Source of the DNA: an uncultured bacterium
GTDB lineage: Bacteria > Patescibacteriota > Minisyncoccia > UBA6257 > 2-01-FULL-56-20
Direction: 5' to 3'
NCBI GenBank assembly: GCA_963705915.1
Contig: OY970126.1
Span: 581,552 to 621,892, forward strand
Length of the DNA: 40,341 bases
Under the pieces are notes generated by a model, which did not search any database, was not told where the DNA came from, and saw only the letters and a program-made list of their open reading frames with translations. Shown in pieces: positions 8,582 through 17,614 of this stretch. Both the position numbers and the translations under genes were made by a program. The stretch's first letter is position 1. Each line of letters opens with the position of its first letter.

Positions 8582-9246
8582 GGACCCTCCGGTTGCCGAA
8601 TTCGATAGAATACCGACGGGCCTCCGGCACCGATTCTTTCAATGAGCTTCTGCTCGGTGAGTGTCTGGAGGTCGTATCGAATGGTTCGCTCGCTTGAATC
8701 CGGCAAAATATCCTGAATATCTTTGATGCGGCAATTGCCGATTTGCCGGATTCGTTCGAGTATAGCCCCCTGCCTAGCTTCTGACTTCACATTTCCCCCA
8801 TTGCCGGATTCATCCGGCAATTCAATTTTGCCGGTTTCCATTTTGCCGGTTTCATGTGCTGGCTCTTGCCGGATTTCTTTTGAAAAGAATTTTGAAAGGT
8901 CGATTTCCTCCACTCGCCCGCCCATGTCGCTTTTTTGAATATCCTCTCGATAAACCTTCTCTTCAAAACCAGCCCGAATCCCTTTTATCTCTCGAAGAAG
9001 AATTTCTCCGTTTGCCATCCCCATGATATTCACATCCATGCCAAACCGAGTGAGATATTCAAGGGTATCGAGGTTCTTTATTGCCTCTTTATAATTGCCG
9101 GCAGCCGTGGCCCCAAGAAATGCTATTGCCGCATTTTTAATATGATCGCCAAAGCCCTTTTCAATCGTAGCCGCTAGGCGGTACACCGCATAGGCAATTT
9201 CATAGGATTTTTTCAGAAGCCAAGAGTTTTTGCCGGATTCTTTCAT
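8563..9246 (-). CDS. Helical-bundle + C-terminal winged-HTH (DeoR-like) DNA-binding protein
   Basis: Start moved to ATG 9246 (TATACT 6 nt upstream). N-term KKSYEIAYAVYRLA resembles four-helix-bundle proteins; C-term RQGAILERIRQ...IKDIQDILPDSSERTIRYDLQTLTEQKLIERIG is a wHTH. Confidence 0.8.
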   Translation of the reverse strand: MKESGKNSWLLKKSYEIAYAVYRLAATIEKGFGDHIKNAAIAFLGATAAGNYKEAIKNLDTLEYLTRFGMDVNIMGMANGEILLREIKGIRAGFEEKVYREDIQKSDMGGRVEEIDLSKFFSKEIRQEPAHETGKMETGKIELPDESGNGGNVKSEARQGAILERIRQIGNCRIKDIQDILPDSSERTIRYDLQTLTEQKLIERIGAGGPSVFYRIRQPEGPVENIG

Positions 9247-9275
9247 GCGGCAAGTATAGTCCGGCAATCCGGCAA
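8593..9275. repeat. Dispersed array of TTGCCG(GATT) motifs in both orientations
   Basis: 16 TTGCCG/CGGCAA counted by eye; perfect TTGCCGGATT at 8743, 8801, 8866, 9230 (+) and 8697, 9266 (-). Confidence 0.9.
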
Positions 9276-9283
9276 AAGCAAGA

Positions 9284-10015
9284 CTAGAGGACCCAGCGAG
9301 CAGAACCGATGACGATTACAAATAGTGCAAATATAATGCTTGCCGTGATAAGCGTCTTTTCGCTGGAAAGCTTTCCCACGAGATATTGCGGAACGAGATC
9401 GAACAAAAGTGCGATCCCCAGGAAAGCCGCAACCGCTTGATACACAAAATCCACCGGCAAGAATAGGCCGACGATAAGCATCTGCCAAGCGATAAGCGTG
9501 GAGATCCATACGGCAGTGCGGCGAACATGCCTACGCTCAAGCGTCGGCTCGGTGTCTAGCTGGGGCGCTGTGCCAAATTTAATGAAACTCGCGAGAAGTC
9601 GTCCAATAAGAAGTGCCGCAAAAAAAGCGAAGGTGAGTGATCCGATGTTGATCGCGCCTCCTTCGTGCAAATAAAGATCGCGGCACGCGAGGAACGCCAG
9701 GAACAATACGGCAACCTCGTATGCCGATTCCCTGTCGATGAGCACAAGCTCTTTGATGAGAAGAATATAGAAAAAGGTCGCGCCGAAGAGCAATGCAAAA
9801 GCGAACCCGGCCGGCTCAAAGAACATGAGTATCAATAAAATCAAAAACGGCCATGCGACCGTTTTTGATCCCGGCACGGGGACAAAATAGAGATAGAGGG
9901 CGATGAGCGCAAAAAACCAAAACGGCACAATGAGCCACGCGAACGCAAAAATGACAGCCCTAAGAAGTGAAGACCAGTGAATCTGTCTTGAAATTGACTT
10001 TAACGTTTCCGCCAT
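9284..10015 (-). CDS. Polytopic membrane protein of unknown function
   Basis: Many hydrophobic segments; likely ATG 10015 (MAETLKS), overlapping the clpB 3' end by 56 nt; start uncertain. Confidence 0.75.
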   Translation of the reverse strand: MAETLKSISRQIHWSSLLRAVIFAFAWLIVPFWFFALIALYLYFVPVPGSKTVAWPFLILLILMFFEPAGFAFALLFGATFFYILLIKELVLIDRESAYEVAVLFLAFLACRDLYLHEGGAINIGSLTFAFFAALLIGRLLASFIKFGTAPQLDTEPTLERRHVRRTAVWISTLIAWQMLIVGLFLPVDFVYQAVAAFLGIALLFDLVPQYLVGKLSSEKTLITASIIFALFVIVIGSARWVL

Positions 10016-12647
10016 CTTTGAATTCGCCGCGGATGATCTTATCCGCCAACTTATCAAGGATAACTTTCTGCATGAGCCGTTTCAAGGGACGGGCACCAAA
10101 TTCCGGGCTAAATCCCTCGCGAACCAGGTATTCGCGCGCCGCAGGCTCAATGGCGAGCTTGATGTTGCGATCGGCAAGCCGTTTTTCGATGAGATCAATC
10201 TGAATGTTTACGATCCTCTCAATATCAGCCTTGCGGAGCGGGTTGAAAATGACGATTTCGTCGATGCGATTTAAAAACTCAGGACGGAAGCTGCCGCGAA
10301 GGGCGTCCATCACCTTATCCTTATAATCCCCTTCTTCGGCGGTTACCGTTGCGCTTGAGAAACCGATGCGCGACATCGCCTTGAGATATTCGCTGCCGAC
10401 GTTCGACGTCATAATAATGATCGAGTTCTTGAAGTTCACCGTTTTACCTTTGCTGTCGGTGAGGCGGCCGTTGTCGAGCACTTGGAGTAAAAGATTGAAG
10501 ACTTCTGGATGCGCTTTTTCGATTTCGTCGAACAAAATCAAGCTGTACGGCCGGTGACGGACGATTTCCGTGAGCTGGCCGCCTTCTTCGTGGCCAACAT
10601 AACCCGGCGGCGAACCGATGAGGCGCGAAACTGCATGTCGCTCCATATATTCCGACATGTCCACGCGGACGAGCGCCTTATCGTCGTTGAACATAAATTC
10701 CGCGAGCGCCTTCGCGAGTTCGGTTTTCCCAACGCCGGTCGGCCCGAGGAACATAAATGAGCCGATCGGGCGATTTTCGTCAGAAAGGCCGGCGCGGGAA
10801 CGACGGAGTGCGTTTGCAACGGCGGTGATAGCTGGCTCTTGACCAACAACGCGTTCATGCAAGACTTCTTCGATACGCATGAGCTTGTCGGTGTCGGTTT
10901 CAAGCATCCGCTTCAAGGGGATCCCGGTCCAAACGGCAACAACGGCAGCGACGTCTTCCTTGTCAACCGCTTCTTTCAGAAAACGATCCCCCGTTGCGGC
11001 GTGCCCTGTAGCCGCTTTGCTTGCGTGCCTTCCGGTCGCCTTTGAGCCATTTACCGGCGTGCCGGATGATCCAGCAAAATTCTTCTTTTCAAAAACAACG
11101 AAGTCTTTTTCCGCCTGCGGCAACTCGCCGTAAATGATCTGCGCGACCCGTTCCAAATTACCTGCGCGTTCAGCCGTTTCAGCTTCGCGCTTTAAATTAT
11201 CAACTTTCTGTCGGAGCTGATGGAGAGTCTCAAATTTAATTTTTTCCGAATGCCACTTGCTTGAGAGTTCGTCGTTCTGCTCCTTTAATTTGCCGAGCTT
11301 CTTATCGATCTCCTTCACGCGCTCGAGCGCAGGCTTTTTGGCGTCTTTGGTAATCGCCTGTTTTTCAACTTCGAGGCGGGTGATTTCGCGGCGGACATTA
11401 TCGATTTCTTTCGGCAGGCTTTCGGATTCGAGACGACGCGCGGCGGCGGCTTCATCGATCAAATCCACTGCTTTATCCGGCAAAAACCGGTCGGTAATAT
11501 AACGCGCGCTCAAGTTGACGGCTTCGATAATGGCTTCGTCGCTGATGCGCATGCCATGATGAATTTCATATTTTTCCTTGAGGCCGCGGAGGATCGCAAT
11601 CGAATCGTCGATCGAAGGTTCTTCAACGATGATTGGCTGAAAACGGCGCTCGAGTGCCGGATCTTTCTCAATGTATTTCTGATATTCGCGGACGGTCGTG
11701 GCGCCGATAGCGTGCAGTTCTCCGCGTGCAAGGGCCGGCTTTAAAAGGTTTGACGCATCGATTGCGCCTTCTGCAGCGCCCGCGCCAACGATCGTGTGGA
11801 TTTCGTCGATAAACAAAATGATCTGGCCCGCGGCATTTTTCACTTCTTTCATAAAGGCTTTCAAGCGATCTTCAAATTCACCGCGGAACTTTGTTCCGGC
11901 GATAAGCGATCCGAGGTCGAGCATTAAAACTTGCTTGCCTTTGAGCAGTTCTGGAACATCGCCCGAAACGATCCTTTGCGCGAGGCCTTCCACGATGGCG
12001 GTCTTCCCAACGCCCGGCTCGCCGATCAAACATGGATTATTCTTTGTGCGGCGCGAAAGCACTTGCATCAAGCGTCGCAATTCTTCTTCACGGCCAATCA
12101 CCGGGTCGAGCTGGCCGGCCTTCGCCTTATCCGTCACGTTGATGGCATACTTTTCGAGCACCTGGAATTTACTTTCCGGCGTTTCATCGGTCACGCGCAC
12201 CGAACCGCGCAATTGCGCAAGCACACGGAACGCCGTTTCGCGGCGAACGCCAAATTTTTCGAGCATAGACTTTGCTGCGCCCTGCACGTCGAGAAGCGCG
12301 AGCAAAAGATGTTCGCACGAAACGAATTCATCCTTTTGCTGCGCGGCAATCTTTGCGGCCTGGTCGAGCACACGCATCAATTCCTGAGAAAGATAAAGCT
12401 GCCCCACGGCAGAGCTGGTGAGCATGGGCGGGATTCGGTCAAGCTCAATCTCGATCTGTTCATCGAGTTTCTCAAGATTAACCCCCGAACGCTCGAGCAC
12501 TGGGATCACAAGCGACTGCTCGTCTTCAAGGAGCGCCGCAAGCAAATGAAGTGATTTTAACTCTCCATGATTCTTTTTTGCTGCAATTTCTTGGGCATTT
12601 TGGAGGGCTTCCTGAGCTTTTATGGTAAAACGATGAAAGTTTGGCAT
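9960..12647 (-). CDS. clpB: Hsp100 AAA+ chaperone ClpB (with IGF-like loop)
   Basis: Clp N repeats; Walker A GEPGVGKT and GPTGVGKT; KFRGEFE and GYVG pore loops; long M-domain ending YGELP. Confidence 0.93.
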   Translation of the reverse strand: MPNFHRFTIKAQEALQNAQEIAAKKNHGELKSLHLLAALLEDEQSLVIPVLERSGVNLEKLDEQIEIELDRIPPMLTSSAVGQLYLSQELMRVLDQAAKIAAQQKDEFVSCEHLLLALLDVQGAAKSMLEKFGVRRETAFRVLAQLRGSVRVTDETPESKFQVLEKYAINVTDKAKAGQLDPVIGREEELRRLMQVLSRRTKNNPCLIGEPGVGKTAIVEGLAQRIVSGDVPELLKGKQVLMLDLGSLIAGTKFRGEFEDRLKAFMKEVKNAAGQIILFIDEIHTIVGAGAAEGAIDASNLLKPALARGELHAIGATTVREYQKYIEKDPALERRFQPIIVEEPSIDDSIAILRGLKEKYEIHHGMRISDEAIIEAVNLSARYITDRFLPDKAVDLIDEAAAARRLESESLPKEIDNVRREITRLEVEKQAITKDAKKPALERVKEIDKKLGKLKEQNDELSSKWHSEKIKFETLHQLRQKVDNLKREAETAERAGNLERVAQIIYGELPQAEKDFVVFEKKNFAGSSGTPVNGSKATGRHASKAATGHAATGDRFLKEAVDKEDVAAVVAVWTGIPLKRMLETDTDKLMRIEEVLHERVVGQEPAITAVANALRRSRAGLSDENRPIGSFMFLGPTGVGKTELAKALAEFMFNDDKALVRVDMSEYMERHAVSRLIGSPPGYVGHEEGGQLTEIVRHRPYSLILFDEIEKAHPEVFNLLLQVLDNGRLTDSKGKTVNFKNSIIIMTSNVGSEYLKAMSRIGFSSATVTAEEGDYKDKVMDALRGSFRPEFLNRIDEIVIFNPLRKADIERIVNIQIDLIEKRLADRNIKLAIEPAAREYLVREGFSPEFGARPLKRLMQKVILDKLADKIIRGEFKDGGNVKVNFKTDSLVFTS

Positions 12648-12751
12648 GAAATGTTCTTCTTAATTATTATACTTCGAAAAACCCTGAATTGTTTCGATTT
12701 CTAGAATTATATTCCAGGGCAAACGGCATTGTCAATCTCACCCTTAGATTG

Positions 12752-14074
12752 CTAATCTGGGCGTTCGGCGAGTGTTGCCTGCAACGTTATGGTATTCCCT
12801 CCTCTATTAATAGTAAGCGTGAGAACGTCACCGACACTATGCTGGTCGATGATCTGGCTCAGGTCGTTCGTGGCGTTGATCGGCGTTCCGTTCACGGCCG
12901 TTATGATATCACCGCCTTCGATGCCAGCTTTTGCCGCCGGTGAGCCTGGCTCAACCGCAGGGCCATCGCTTCCGGCCTGGACCCATGCGCCGTAATTCAC
13001 GGGTAGGTTATTGGCGCTTGCGGTAGTGGGATCGAGCGCTTCGTAGCGAACGCCGAGATACGGCGCTTCGATGTTACCGGTCGCCTCAACCGAGGTGATG
13101 TCGTTTTTGGCTTGATCGATCGGGATTGCAAATCCAATCCCCTGGGCATCTTCCGCGATGGCGGTGTCGATGCCGATCACTTGGCCTTCAAGATTGAGCA
13201 GCGGGCCGCCTGAATTCCCCGGATTAATGGCTGCATCGGTTTGAATCACGCCAGGCAATGTTTCTTCGGCATTCGTGTCGGGAGATTGTGCCGTCACAGT
13301 GCGTTCCAAGCCGGAAACAACGCCAACGGAAACAGTATTCGAAAATTGTCCGAGTGCGTTGCCGATGGCGATGGCAGTTTGGCCCAGCTGCAAGCCGTTA
13401 GAATCCCCGAGCGTCACGGTTGGCAATCCGGTTGCGTCAATTTTAATCACCGCCAAATCTTGGTTCGGGTCGCGGGCGAGGACCGTTGCCGAATACGTTT
13501 TCCCGTCATTCGTAAGCACGCTATACGACGCGCCAGTATCAGAAACAACATGCTTGTTCGTGAGAATCAATCCGTTGGACGAGATGATGAATCCGCTCCC
13601 ACCGCCAACCGCTTGCATTTGGGTCTGTCCGCTGTCGCATGGCACCGTGAGACCGGACGATCCACCGCCACCAGCGCCGCCACTGCCGCTACCGTCACCG
13701 CTGCCGTCGCCGAAAAATTGCTGGAACTCAGGCGGCAGGTTTTGGAATGGATTGTACGGGCATTGTTCAACCACGGGCACGTTTTCGGAGATCGTTATCG
13801 AGACAACCGCCGGGGATGCCTCCTTTACGGCATTCACAACGGCGTTTTCGTAATCAACGACTGGCTGATAAAGCGAGACCGTACCCGACGCATTATTCGA
13901 TCCATTGACCGCGGTTGTGGAACTGTTCCCGCCGGTGAACGGCGCGACGAGACTATTCAAAAAGTCGGTGAAGGCATTGGCCTGAGCTTGCTGCGGCCTT
14001 GTAGCGGCAATAACCACCAAAACGGCTACCAAAAGGAGGGCCGCAACGATAAGCTTGTTCTTATTGTTCTGCAT
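12752..14074 (-). CDS. htrA: HtrA/DegP-family serine protease with one PDZ domain
   Basis: GSGFII, TNKHVV, DLAVIKI, IQTDAAINPGNSGGPL, C-terminal PDZ (PYLGV...GSPAAKAGI..GDII). Confidence 0.93.
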   Translation of the reverse strand: MQNNKNKLIVAALLLVAVLVVIAATRPQQAQANAFTDFLNSLVAPFTGGNSSTTAVNGSNNASGTVSLYQPVVDYENAVVNAVKEASPAVVSITISENVPVVEQCPYNPFQNLPPEFQQFFGDGSGDGSGSGGAGGGGSSGLTVPCDSGQTQMQAVGGGSGFIISSNGLILTNKHVVSDTGASYSVLTNDGKTYSATVLARDPNQDLAVIKIDATGLPTVTLGDSNGLQLGQTAIAIGNALGQFSNTVSVGVVSGLERTVTAQSPDTNAEETLPGVIQTDAAINPGNSGGPLLNLEGQVIGIDTAIAEDAQGIGFAIPIDQAKNDITSVEATGNIEAPYLGVRYEALDPTTASANNLPVNYGAWVQAGSDGPAVEPGSPAAKAGIEGGDIITAVNGTPINATNDLSQIIDQHSVGDVLTLTINRGGNTITLQATLAERPD

Positions 14075-14082
14075 ATCTTATT

Positions 14083-15294
14083 CTACGACGTTTTTTTTGA
14101 AAAAGTTTCACGGATTATACCCAGGGCATCTTCTACATCTTCCTTTGTCGTCGGCCTCCCTAGACTGAACCGAACACTCGATTTTGCTCGTTCCTTGGAA
14201 TAACCAAACGCCTCGATTACGTATGACGGCTCAAGGGCCCGCGAATGGCACGCCGAACCGGCTGAAGCGGCGAGCCCCTTCAGGTCAAATTTGGTAAGTA
14301 TGTCTTGTGCATTGTGCCCGGGGAAATAGACATTAAGAATGTGCGGCAACGTTTGGCCGGTTTCTCCGGCCCCGTCATTTTTACCGCCGCCGCTTCCGGA
14401 ACCGTTACGTTCAGCTTCTGGAACAATTTTCCGAATACCGTTCCAAAGCTTGTCGCGGAGATCGCTCACATGTTTACGCTCTTCGTCTCGCATATCGGTG
14501 ACAAGTTCTGCAGCTTTTGCAAAACCGACGATCGCCGGAACGTTCTCCGTACCCGAGCGCAGATCAAATTCCTGGCCGCCGCCGGTTGTCGTCGATGCCA
14601 AGGCTTTCATGTCGCGCGTGTAAAGCGCTCCAGCGCCTTTGGGTCCATATATTTTGTGCGATGAGAGCGTCATCACATCGACGCCGAGTTTCTTTGGATC
14701 GCAATCGAGAAACTGAAACGTCTGCGCGGCATCAGTATGGAGAAGCGGATAGTTTGATTTTCTTTTCTTCTCTTTTTTATATTCTTGTAATACCTCAGCG
14801 ATTGAACCTATCGGTTGCACCGTTCCGATTTCATTATTGCCATACATCACGGAGACGAGCGCTGTTCGCTCATCGAGCGATGATGCGAGCTCTTTACTAT
14901 CAACCATCCCCCGCTCATCAACGGAAAGGTAGGCAAGCTCAACTCCATCACGTTCAAGGTCGCGCGCGGTCTCGAGAATCGACTCATGCTCAATCGCCGA
15001 GACTATAATTTTAGGATTTTGTAATCCTTTTTTCTGGGCTTCGCGGACAACGCCCCGCAAGGCGAGATTGTTCGCTTCGGTGGCGGAAGCGGTAAAGATA
15101 ATCTCTCGAAAATCGGCGTCGAGCATTTTTGCGAACGTTTCACGCGCTCGGTCAATCGCCGCGATGGCTTCCTGGCCAAACGAATGAAGCGATCCCGGAT
15201 TCCCAAACTTCTCGCTAAAATATGGCCTCATCGCCTCGAACACGCGCGGGTCAACCGGCGTCGAAGCTGCGTAGTCTAGATATATTCGCTTCAT
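14083..15294 (-). CDS. iscS: Cysteine desulfurase (IscS/NifS class I)
   Basis: IYLDYAASTP, NNEIG, HTDAAQ, SSHKIYGPKG (PLP Lys), RSGTENV, SAGSAC (catalytic Cys). Confidence 0.92.
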   Translation of the reverse strand: MKRIYLDYAASTPVDPRVFEAMRPYFSEKFGNPGSLHSFGQEAIAAIDRARETFAKMLDADFREIIFTASATEANNLALRGVVREAQKKGLQNPKIIVSAIEHESILETARDLERDGVELAYLSVDERGMVDSKELASSLDERTALVSVMYGNNEIGTVQPIGSIAEVLQEYKKEKKRKSNYPLLHTDAAQTFQFLDCDPKKLGVDVMTLSSHKIYGPKGAGALYTRDMKALASTTTGGGQEFDLRSGTENVPAIVGFAKAAELVTDMRDEERKHVSDLRDKLWNGIRKIVPEAERNGSGSGGGKNDGAGETGQTLPHILNVYFPGHNAQDILTKFDLKGLAASAGSACHSRALEPSYVIEAFGYSKERAKSSVRFSLGRPTTKEDVEDALGIIRETFSKKTS

Positions 15295-15320
15295 GGTTTT
15301 TATTATAGAAGAGGGCGGGA

Positions 15321-15578
15321 TTATATCCCGCCCTTAGATCGCTCGCCGAATTTGCGTCGGAGGTTGCTCCATGTGCATACCCCACTGTAGACGATCGCAC
15401 ACGCGATCGAGAAGCAAGCGAATATGGCAAGCGGGGTGCCCCACGCGGCTCCCCCGGCACGATGAATCACGTGCATTGCAACGATAATGCCCGCCACCGG
15501 ACCGATCACATAGGCAGCCACAACGATGGTTACTGATTCCGCATGGCCCTGCACCAACCGAACAAGCAATCGTTTCAA
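15321..15578 (-). CDS. Small two-TM membrane protein
   Basis: Probable TTG start 15578, 8 nt after GGAGG; TTGACA at 15637-15642 on minus; fills the gap between two genes. Confidence 0.5.
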   Translation of the reverse strand: MKRLLVRLVQGHAESVTIVVAAYVIGPVAGIIVAMHVIHRAGGAAWGTPLAIFACFSIACAIVYSGVCTWSNLRRKFGERSKGGI

Positions 15579-15648
15579 TTCATGTTCCTCCAAGGGCACA
15601 GATGTGCTTTCTTCACATTACAACACGCCCTCCGAGTGTCAATGGATT

Positions 15649-16269
15649 TTAGATGAGCTGAGACGAGGCCACGCTCTTCGCAAAAGCAACGCGAACAATC
15701 TCACCGGTTTTTTTATCGGGCATGAGGAAATAATTTTGCGTGCGATAGAGATCGTAGAGGTCCTTCGTGAGTTTTACGTCGTTTAAACAATATGCTTTGA
15801 GTTCTTTAATCTTACCTTCGCGGAAAAGGACGCCCGCTTCGGAGCCGTGATGCTCTTTCTTAACACCGAGATTTGCTTCCGCGAGACGGCTCAAGCTGAT
15901 GCGTTGCTTCATCGCAACTTCGATTTCTTCGAGTAAATCAACACGCTCTTTCTCCCATAAATTCGTCGCACCATTTTTTAATTTCTGGAAATAAAGGTTG
16001 AGCACGGGCACGTCATAGCGGTTCATGCTGAAGCCGACGATCGTCTTTGCGCGTGAAAAAAGCTTTGCAAGTTTATCCATCTCATGTTCTTCGTAGCAAT
16101 AATATTTGTTTTCGTTATATGAATACACGCCGACGACCGAAATTTTGAGCGCCGCAAAATTATCCCAGCCAACACCCGGGTCGGTAAAAAAATTTGACGT
16201 CTCAATATCAAAAACCAATGTGTCGTTATTTTTTTCCATGTTCGCTTGTGTTTCGCCGCCGCGCGCCAC
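15649..16269 (-). CDS. RNase H-like/DEDD 3'-5' exonuclease-domain protein (RNase_H_2/YprB-like)
   Basis: VFDIET (ExoI), VGFSMNRYDVPVL (ExoII), YCLNDV (ExoIII); alternative start ATG 16239. Confidence 0.85.
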   Translation of the reverse strand: MARGGETQANMEKNNDTLVFDIETSNFFTDPGVGWDNFAALKISVVGVYSYNENKYYCYEEHEMDKLAKLFSRAKTIVGFSMNRYDVPVLNLYFQKLKNGATNLWEKERVDLLEEIEVAMKQRISLSRLAEANLGVKKEHHGSEAGVLFREGKIKELKAYCLNDVKLTKDLYDLYRTQNYFLMPDKKTGEIVRVAFAKSVASSQLI

Positions 16270-16757
16270 TAAACGTGCCGGTCGGCAACGTTTGTCGCGG
16301 CATAGCTATAGGGCTTCGTGCGCGGCTCAAAGTTGTGTGCGCGGATCATGCCGACAATTTCCTGGATAACCGCCCTCGTCGGGCCCTTCTCGCCGATATC
16401 TGCGTGAATCTCGAAATCGAATTCGGGCAATGGGAATTTTTTGAGCTCAGCCAAAACTTTTTGCGCGATTTCGAGCGAGATCAAAACCTCTTTCACCATG
16501 CGGTCGCGGAGCGTATGGAATTTTCCGAGCTCGAATCGCCGCCAGAAGTACCGGCCGCCGTTGCCTACGCGATGGACGACGATCGCCGTCACAAAGTCGG
16601 CATCTTTTGCCGCAAGCAATTCCGAATCGGTGCCAATCGTGATTTTGTAGCGGCGGAGGAGGTCGGACTTCATGAACGCAACGATTTCTGTGACCACTTC
16701 GTCAACCGTAAGCCGGGTACCGAGAGAACTATTGAGGAAATCAGGCATTACCGGCAT
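16269..16757 (-). CDS. RNase H-like YkuK family protein (DUF458)
   Basis: IGTDS, FVTAIVVHRVGNGG, EIHADIG, KPYSYAATNVADRH. Confidence 0.88.
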   Translation of the reverse strand: MPVMPDFLNSSLGTRLTVDEVVTEIVAFMKSDLLRRYKITIGTDSELLAAKDADFVTAIVVHRVGNGGRYFWRRFELGKFHTLRDRMVKEVLISLEIAQKVLAELKKFPLPEFDFEIHADIGEKGPTRAVIQEIVGMIRAHNFEPRTKPYSYAATNVADRHV

Positions 16758-16781
16758 ATTACCCCCGCCGGAATGCGATTG

Positions 16782-17552
16782 TCAATTTAATATTCTTTTA
16801 ATAACTTTTTTTGTGTCTTCCGGGCCGCGGACGGCAATGCATTGTATGCCAGTGCGCCTCGCGGCATAATCATTGCCGCCGGGAAATAGCGCGTCTCCGA
16901 TAAAGACCATCCTTCCAATAGGAACATGTAAATATTTTTTGATCTGGCGAATTCCGTACGCTTTATCAATACCTTTTTTTGTAACGTCGATCGATGTATA
17001 GCCCGATGCGTGCACCTCGAGGTTGGGCAGGCGTTTTTGTACCAACGTTGCGATCTTTATCTTGAGCGGAGTATTTTTCTTCGTCCACTGTTCTTTCAAT
17101 TTCACACCCTTTGGCCCGAGCATAGCAACCACGTCCTGGCCGAGCGCTGAAAATGTTACTTGCGTACCCCGGTCTTCTATCACTTTCCCGTATGTTTTTC
17201 GAGGAGGGACATATTTGATCTCGTGTAAGACATCCCGAAATGCTTTTTTAATTTCACGGCGTTCCCGATCGGAAAGCTTAAAAGTGTAGATGTTTTTCCA
17301 TCCTTTGTTATAACGATAAAAGGCGTTTGCCGTCGTTGGGAAAAGAAACAAGCGCGAAAGTAGATAGGTCGGTACGGTGAGGCGGGCAACCAGCTGTTTC
17401 CTAAACTGCTTGTATGTCCCACCTCCTATTACGGCGACTTTCTTTTTTTTAAGAAGCTCCTCAAGCGCTTTGGACATATCGGGCTCCAAATTCGATTTAG
17501 TTTTCGTAAGCGTCCCGTCGAGGTCGAACACGACCAATGCTTTGGAAATCAT
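16782..17552 (-). CDS. HAD-IIB hydrolase, eukaryotic phosphomannomutase-like
   Basis: FDLDGTL, VIGGG, EDRGTQVTFS, SIDVTKKGIDK, GDALFPGGNDY. Confidence 0.88.
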   Translation of the reverse strand: MISKALVVFDLDGTLTKTKSNLEPDMSKALEELLKKKKVAVIGGGTYKQFRKQLVARLTVPTYLLSRLFLFPTTANAFYRYNKGWKNIYTFKLSDRERREIKKAFRDVLHEIKYVPPRKTYGKVIEDRGTQVTFSALGQDVVAMLGPKGVKLKEQWTKKNTPLKIKIATLVQKRLPNLEVHASGYTSIDVTKKGIDKAYGIRQIKKYLHVPIGRMVFIGDALFPGGNDYAARRTGIQCIAVRGPEDTKKVIKRILN

Positions 17553-17614
17553 GTTTTTATTCTATCATTAAAATTCTTTCCGCCTGACGAATGATAGCGT
17601 ACAATATATTCATA

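Noticed and set aside
8563-9246. Diversity-generating retroelement (Avd-like helical bundle)
   Set aside because: No reverse transcriptase and no template/variable repeat pair in the window
8553-9275. oriC call from DnaA-like boxes plus repeat array
   Set aside because: Only two boxes, no dnaA/dnaN, no obvious unwinding element, and genes are minus-strand on both sides
8593-9275. CRISPR array
   Set aside because: Repeats are 6-10 bp, irregularly spaced and in both orientations; no cas genes; no array seen anywhere in the window
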